DNA from: an uncultured bacterium
GTDB taxonomy: Bacteria > Fidelibacterota > Marinisomatia > SCGC-AAA003-L08 > JACNLC01
Direction of reading: 5' to 3'
DNA length: 35,414 nucleotides
NCBI GenBank assembly: GCA_964543505.1
Contig: CAZIYQ010000003.1
Coordinates: forward strand, 1-35,414
The notes under the pieces are model-generated. The model searched no databases. It was not told where the DNA came from and worked only from the letters and a program-made list of their open reading frames with translations. A program made the position numbers and the translations under genes. The number at the start of each line of letters is the position of its first letter. Position 1 is the first letter of the stretch. Positions 29,729-35,414 of this stretch are shown here, one piece after another.

Positions 29729-31159
29729 ATGCTAAGAAAAATACTCGAAAGCTCTGTCCTTTTTGTAGATATCATCAAATGGTTCATCATTGCTACCGTA
29801 GTGGGTATCGTTGTCGGTACAACAACCGCCATCTTCATCAAACTTCTTGAGATCAGCACGGGGATTGCAGATCACTTTCAGTGGTATTTTCTATTCCTAC
29901 CACTCGCAATGGCCTTCAGTGCCTGGGTGATAAACACTTTCGCTCCCGAGGCACGGGGGCACGGAACGGAAAAGGTGATTGAAGCTATTCACAGAAGATC
30001 CGGTAAGATGTCCGGATTGGCCGCCCCGATCAAATTGTTTGCAACCATTGTCACCATTGCAGCCGGTGGGTCGGTGGGGAAGGAGGGACCTGCGGCTCAA
30101 ATCGGCGCCAGTATTTCCTCTAAAATAGCCGATCTGCTGAAATTTAATGACAGAGATCGTAAGCGCATTGTTATCTGTGGACTTAGTGCGGGGTTTGCCT
30201 CCATTTTCGGCACCCCCATCGCAGGAGCTTTGTTTGGAGTAGAGGTGCTCTTTGTGGGGACGATTTTGTACGAAGTCTTGTTTCCGGCCTTTGTTGCAGG
30301 TATCATCGGGTATCAGTGTGCCCTCATGTTTGGTGCAGATTATTTCCATAGCAATGTTACCTTCCTGACTGCTACAAATAATGTGTTTATCCTCGAGATC
30401 GTTTTCAGCGGCATTGTTTTCGGGATCATCTCATTGTTACTGATCGAAGCGATGACCTTGTTCAGAAAGATCAGACTGAAAATGAACCTTCCCGGCATCG
30501 CTCAGGGACTTTTGGGGGGCTCGATTCTGGTGGGGATAACGCTGATTTTTATGATCCTTAAAAACTTCCACTTGTCGGTTGAATCAGAACCGACTCGTTA
30601 TCTTGGTCTCGGTCTCACGACCATAGATACAGTGCTCCAGGGGCACAGTATCTCTTACTTTGCTGCCATTTGGAAGATCATCTTCACAAGCATCACACTT
30701 AATTTTGGTGGTAGTGGCGGTGTTGTCACATCGATTTTCTTTATTGGCGCCAGTGCGGGAAATGCCCTGGGTGTTATTATGCACTCAGACCCCCGACTGT
30801 TCGCTGCTATCGGTATGATCGCCCTTCTCGCAGGCTCAGCAAATACACCTATTGCAGCCAGTATTATGTTCGTGGAGCTCTTCGGGTCGGATATGGCCGC
30901 GTACGCTGCACTGGCCTGTATCGTTAGTTTCCTCATGACCGGTCATCGCAGTATCTACCCCAGCCAAATTCTCTCATTTGTCAAGTCAGATGAAATCCTG
31001 ATCGATACAGGGGGAGAAATGGAACATCTCGGCGAAGTCCGCTTCAAGAAGGGTCAGAGGGAAATCTCTGAATATGTGGTTATGGGCGGTGTACGGTTAA
31101 GACGCAAATTCAGGCACAAAAACAGACGTTCAATAATTAAAAAGGATCCCCAGGAATAA
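29729..31159 (+). CDS. ClC family chloride channel / Cl-/H+ antiporter (no CBS domains)
   Basis: Filter motifs GHGTE, GKEGP and GGSGGVVTS; FGTPIAGALFGVE, NTPIAA, SIY; many TM helices. Confidence 0.93.
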   Translation: MLRKILESSVLFVDIIKWFIIATVVGIVVGTTTAIFIKLLEISTGIADHFQWYFLFLPLAMAFSAWVINTFAPEARGHGTEKVIEAIHRRSGKMSGLAAPIKLFATIVTIAAGGSVGKEGPAAQIGASISSKIADLLKFNDRDRKRIVICGLSAGFASIFGTPIAGALFGVEVLFVGTILYEVLFPAFVAGIIGYQCALMFGADYFHSNVTFLTATNNVFILEIVFSGIVFGIISLLLIEAMTLFRKIRLKMNLPGIAQGLLGGSILVGITLIFMILKNFHLSVESEPTRYLGLGLTTIDTVLQGHSISYFAAIWKIIFTSITLNFGGSGGVVTSIFFIGASAGNALGVIMHSDPRLFAAIGMIALLAGSANTPIAASIMFVELFGSDMAAYAALACIVSFLMTGHRSIYPSQILSFVKSDEILIDTGGEMEHLGEVRFKKGQREISEYVVMGGVRLRRKFRHKNRRSIIKKDPQE

Positions 31160-31268
31160 TTTTCTGAACACGAGTCCTATCCAGACTCCATCCATCACCT
31201 CTCACAACACCCGCAGATATAGGCGACAGCAGGCACAGCGAAGGCCAATTTTATTTAGAGAATAGAGA

Positions 31269-33635
31269 TCAAAAATTATTGATGGATTTGTATAGAGAAT
31301 CGTACAAGGCAGGTTGCAGCATATAAAGGAGATTCAGCTCTTTCCGGGCTGATCTGAGTTTATTTAAATTCAGATAGGTAAGCCCCAGGTGGTAATGCGT
31401 ATCCGGGTCGTCAGGATTGATCAGCAAAGCCTTCTTTAAAGCCACAGCCGCCCGCTGATAATCACCCATTTCAAAATAACATCTACCGATATAGTATTGA
31501 CTTTGAAAATCATCCGAATTCAAGCGCAGTGCTTTGTTAAAATTTTCAACTGCCTCATCATACCGGGTTAAGGCAAGAAAAGCTTTCCCCATGAAATAGT
31601 AGGGGACGGGGTCTTTAATAAACGAATTTGAATAAATCCTGAATTTCGCTATGGATTCTTCAAATAGTCCCAACTCACTCAGTGTTATTCCCATTTGATA
31701 AACGAGTTTCGGGTCCTGCGACGATAGTTTCTCTGCATCCTGGAATGTTATCAGCGCCTGCATATATTTCCCCTGGTGGGCGAAGGCCAGCCCCAGTTCG
31801 TAATACATTTTGAAAGTAGGAATCCCGCAATTAATGGCCTGAAGTAAATATTGTTCAGCCAATTCGAATTCTTCCATGTCATTTGCTATCAATCCCAGCC
31901 GGTAATATACTTCGGTATTTTCATCGTCGAGGAGTAAAAGTTCTTCATAGGCCATCATGGCATTCTGCATGTCTCCCAAATACCAGTAAGCTTCGCCGAT
32001 CTTTTCCAAATAGTCAGGATCCTCCTGATATCTGTCAGCCAGTCTGGAATAAGTATTGATTGCTTCAGGGTAGCGGGATTGCTGCATAAAAATCTCACCG
32101 AGGATTTTTAATACGGAAACACTATCAGGCTGTGCCATGACAAATTCCCTAAGGGGCTCCATTGCCTCATACAGTTGATCAGTTTTATAATACAGCAGAC
32201 CTAGGCGGTAATTGATATCTTCGCGTTCCGGCACATATTTTTGAGCAAGTTTATAGCTGGCGATGGCATCCTCAATTTTGAAGATACTTTCTTTGATCCT
32301 GCCAAGATAATAATGTGCATCTCCATTGTGAGGATTAAGATTAATTGTTCGATTAAAAGCCTCAATGGCCTCTGGTATTTTTTTCTTGGCCCAGTAGGCT
32401 AATCCAAGATAATAGTATGATTCTTCATTTTCTCCCTCCTGCAATAGTGCCTGCGTTAGCAGAGAAATGGAGAGATCAAGCTTTTCGAGATCGTAATAAG
32501 CGATTCCCATACCCAATAGGGCCTCATGATGATTGGGGTTCAAGCGCAGGACCTGGCGAAAGGCTTCGAGAGCATCTTCCGGATTCCCAAGTTTGAGCAA
32601 GGCCAGCCCAACTTCATATTTGCCATTTTGGTTTTCGGGGTCAAGCCATACGATTTTCTGGTAATTGAATAGGGCTTCGAGCCAATCTGATGAGTCAGCA
32701 TAATATTCTCCCAATAACTCAAACCCGCGGTAGTCATTGGGCCTCAGCTTTGTGTATCGCACCATATGTGCCATTGCGCTTGGGATATTTTCAAGATTAC
32801 GATAGATCAGTGAAGCATAAAATTCAACTGCTGCATTGGTAGTATCAATTTGCTGTTGGGTTTGCAAAGCGGCCAGAAAATCTTCATTTTGGACTTTATT
32901 CTCAAGTTTAAAAAGCCCGAAGTAATCACTCCCCAGTACAGGTATCTCCGTTATCAAAGCGGAAGAAAAACTATTGATAGCCTCGGTGTAAAGTCCATGT
33001 TTAATGTATGAAAAGCCCTGATTCATTAGATCTTTGGCAACTTCTGCGGGTGTTTGAAGAGTGGATACTTCATCAATCAGAGCCAGGATGTTATCATAGG
33101 ATAATTTGGATGTGCCCGGATTATTCAGCCAATAAAACATGCTGGAGTCCGTCTTCCAAAAATTCCTGGTTTGCGATAGGGAGCGGAGCCTGTCCGTGAC
33201 ATATTTCAGCTTATCAAATTTACCGGTGACGGCATAGAGGTTGGACATTTTCTGAAGCGGATCAATGAGCTGCTGAGAACTTTCTGCAATTGAATTTTCA
33301 TAAATGGCGAGGGATTTTTGATAATACTCATCGGCTTTGTCGGGCTGATTGTTTTTAAAATACAGATCGCCAAGTTTCGAATAGGTTTTTGCCACCTCTG
33401 CGTTTTGATCCCCGAGGACGGAGATCTGCATAAACAGGACTTTTTCGTAAATCAGGATGGCTTCTTCGTATTCTCCCTGATGCCCGAACATGGCGGCGAC
33501 CATTTCCAGGTCTTTTGCTGTTTTCACGGAGTCACTTTGAACTTGGGCAGCCGCAGTCCCACAAATCAGGGCACAGAGGAGAATCCATTTGGACTTGAAC
33601 GGGTATCGGATCACAAGAGTGACCCCCTTATGCAA
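31269..33635 (-). CDS. Large exported tetratricopeptide-repeat protein
   Basis: Signal-like WILLCALICGTAAAQ and many YYLG.AY...EAI..F..A..LNP repeats. The start may be GTG 33614. Confidence 0.9.
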   Translation of the reverse strand: MHKGVTLVIRYPFKSKWILLCALICGTAAAQVQSDSVKTAKDLEMVAAMFGHQGEYEEAILIYEKVLFMQISVLGDQNAEVAKTYSKLGDLYFKNNQPDKADEYYQKSLAIYENSIAESSQQLIDPLQKMSNLYAVTGKFDKLKYVTDRLRSLSQTRNFWKTDSSMFYWLNNPGTSKLSYDNILALIDEVSTLQTPAEVAKDLMNQGFSYIKHGLYTEAINSFSSALITEIPVLGSDYFGLFKLENKVQNEDFLAALQTQQQIDTTNAAVEFYASLIYRNLENIPSAMAHMVRYTKLRPNDYRGFELLGEYYADSSDWLEALFNYQKIVWLDPENQNGKYEVGLALLKLGNPEDALEAFRQVLRLNPNHHEALLGMGIAYYDLEKLDLSISLLTQALLQEGENEESYYYLGLAYWAKKKIPEAIEAFNRTINLNPHNGDAHYYLGRIKESIFKIEDAIASYKLAQKYVPEREDINYRLGLLYYKTDQLYEAMEPLREFVMAQPDSVSVLKILGEIFMQQSRYPEAINTYSRLADRYQEDPDYLEKIGEAYWYLGDMQNAMMAYEELLLLDDENTEVYYRLGLIANDMEEFELAEQYLLQAINCGIPTFKMYYELGLAFAHQGKYMQALITFQDAEKLSSQDPKLVYQMGITLSELGLFEESIAKFRIYSNSFIKDPVPYYFMGKAFLALTRYDEAVENFNKALRLNSDDFQSQYYIGRCYFEMGDYQRAAVALKKALLINPDDPDTHYHLGLTYLNLNKLRSARKELNLLYMLQPALYDSLYKSINNF

Positions 33636-33874
33636 ATCGTTAAATTAGGGGGCTGGCCCTGCCAGGGGTCAATAAATCTGGTATTTCGCTTTGGCATCGT
33701 TAACGTAAAGGATGAGTCCTTTTCAGTGTTGTTGAGCTATTCATTAACTTCAGTTTACTGCCGGAAGACAATTGAATCATGGTAGCTCCGGGTTGGCAAC
33801 AGACGGATTTGCAAAAGGTTTTCTTGCAGTAAAATTTCCAAATACTTTTGGTTGAAGAGGTTCCTCAAAGCAGA

Positions 33875-35206
33875 TTAAAGTTCTTTAACGGTCTGGCGAA
33901 TGGCTTCGGCAATATCGTCAATCTGCCAGGCTTCGATGGTCAGTGCAGGGGCGATCCGGACAGTGCTGTGATGTGTTTCTTTGGCGTAGATGCCCCGTTT
34001 CATGAGCTCCACGGAGACCTTGTGCCCATCCAGCTGTGGCTTATTGTGCATCTCGAAAGCAGAGAGCAACCCTTTTGCCCGGACTTGGAAAATCTTATCC
34101 GGGAATTCAGCCTGTAGTTCTTCGAAATGCTGTAAAAGTTGTTCGCCACGCACCCTGGCCCGCTCGGCAAGATTGTCTTCAACCAGTACTTTAACCGCAT
34201 AAGTTGCCACCACTGAGGCGAGGGGATAGCCCCCGAAAGTGGAGCCCTCTGACCCCGGTGTCAATACTCCGATCACATCGTCTCTTCCGGCGACAAAAGA
34301 TACAGGCAGGATACCGCCTCCGGCTGCCTTGCCGCAACCCATGAGATCGGGTTTCACACCATAGAGCTGATGGGCAAAATTAGCGCCTGTCCTGCCAAAG
34401 CCGGTCTGTACCTCATCCATGGCCAGTAAAATATTATATTCTTTACAGAGTTTTGCTACTTTAGGCCAGTAGTCGTCATCGGGGACAATGACGCCGGCTT
34501 CACCCTGAATCGGTTCGGCCAGGAATGCAGCAATGCGGTCGCCTTTTTGAGCGAAGAGTGTTTTCAGGGCATCCACATCATTGAAAGGCACCAGTTCTAT
34601 GCCGGGAACGAAGGGACCAAATCCGGATTTTGCTCCGGGGTCATCCGACAGGGAGACGGCCGTCATCGACCGGCCGTGGAAATTCCCTTTCGCCCCAACG
34701 ATGATTGCTTCATTTTGTGGGATGTGTTTTACCGTATAACCCCAGCGCCGGGCAATTTTAAACATGAGCTCAGGTGCTTCGACTCCGGCAACCTTGGGCA
34801 CGACCCTGTCCATTTTGGTAACGGAGGTGACGGCCATCAAAAAGGCGGCCATGTATTTGTGGCGGATGGATCGGGGCACGGTAGGCAATTTGTCAACTGT
34901 CAGGTGATGGACAACGGCATCGACAATTTTCTGATTCAGCTGACCCTGATTCACCGCTGAGTAACAGCAGAGTCCGTCGATGACTTCTTCTTCAATATAG
35001 GATTTCACATCATTCGGATCCGGTTTTCTGCAAACCAGGGTGGAAGAATCTTTCACTGCCGAAACCACCACATCATCCAACGGCGCATAGTTTCTGCCGC
35101 CGAGTGTTTTTTCAATATTTTTATGGTCATCCGGTGTGAGATCCCCGATGCGGATACCATTTACGGTGAGGTCATCCCCGTAACCTGTAATTTTTATGTC
35201 AGCCAT
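33875..35206 (-). CDS. Class III PLP aminotransferase, ornithine aminotransferase (RocD)-like
   Basis: NYAP, YSAVNQG, ARRWGY.VK, NFHGRS, EPIQGEAG, DEVQTGFGRTG, PLP lysine GKAAGGG, GSTFGG. Confidence 0.88.
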   Translation of the reverse strand: MADIKITGYGDDLTVNGIRIGDLTPDDHKNIEKTLGGRNYAPLDDVVVSAVKDSSTLVCRKPDPNDVKSYIEEEVIDGLCCYSAVNQGQLNQKIVDAVVHHLTVDKLPTVPRSIRHKYMAAFLMAVTSVTKMDRVVPKVAGVEAPELMFKIARRWGYTVKHIPQNEAIIVGAKGNFHGRSMTAVSLSDDPGAKSGFGPFVPGIELVPFNDVDALKTLFAQKGDRIAAFLAEPIQGEAGVIVPDDDYWPKVAKLCKEYNILLAMDEVQTGFGRTGANFAHQLYGVKPDLMGCGKAAGGGILPVSFVAGRDDVIGVLTPGSEGSTFGGYPLASVVATYAVKVLVEDNLAERARVRGEQLLQHFEELQAEFPDKIFQVRAKGLLSAFEMHNKPQLDGHKVSVELMKRGIYAKETHHSTVRIAPALTIEAWQIDDIAEAIRQTVKEL

Positions 35207-35414
35207 GCGTTGAGACTCCTGATTGATTGTGTGTGTCGTAAAATTCAGATTTGCACGCCGTGCGGGCAGGCAAATTTAGTATGATAATCAGGATGACACA
35301 CTGAGATTTTCCGCCAAATATTTGTAGGAAGTTATAGAGATTGGAAGATGGTCGTGTAGGTAATGTGTTTGACAACATGTGTATGTAGAGTATGTGTGCG
35401 ATTGGAACTATATA

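Noticed and set aside
29729-31159. Fluoride exporter (CLC-F)
   Set aside because: It lacks the GNNLI/GREGT/GEVTP signatures, and no fluoride riboswitch is evident upstream.
33636-33874. ncRNA or small ORF between the aminotransferase and TPR genes
   Set aside because: The minus-strand ATG at 33780 gives only 26 codons, and I recognised no structured RNA family.
35341-35414. TG-rich low-complexity end of the window
   Set aside because: It has no regular repeat unit or spacer structure and is too short to distinguish promoter DNA from a contig-end artefact.

Overview
Bacterial chromosomal window of roughly 40-45% GC, made up mostly of housekeeping genes. The gene style (signal-peptide-bearing AtpB, dockerin/GCTD-repeat secreted protein, DUF5117/4953-type protease) suggests an FCB-superphylum organism such as Ca. 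Marinimicrobia; this is inference only. Gene order: partial aspartate-type aminotransferase coupled to pckA; a secreted Cys-rich dockerin-like protein ending in a Kunitz/BPTI domain; rmuC; a frameshifted thermonuclease; a ~10.6 kb minus-strand run parA-parB-M23 peptidase-bactofilin-atpZ/I-atpBEFHAGDC-LysM lipoprotein ending at a bidirectional terminator; secD-secF; purA; a decayed ogt; a zinc metalloprotease followed by a REC-PAS-PAS-GGDEF cyclase; a split class II ribonucleotide reductase (nrdJa/nrdJb); a ClC transporter; a long TPR protein; and a divergent ornithine-aminotransferase-like enzyme. I saw no rRNA, tRNA, CRISPR array or mobile element, and I cannot support a clearly new multi-gene system. 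The best leads are the 8-Cys, P1-Asp Kunitz fusion, the partition/cell-shape/ATP-synthase superoperon, the non-intein inserts in NrdJa, and two DNA-acting genes hit at their catalytic residues.
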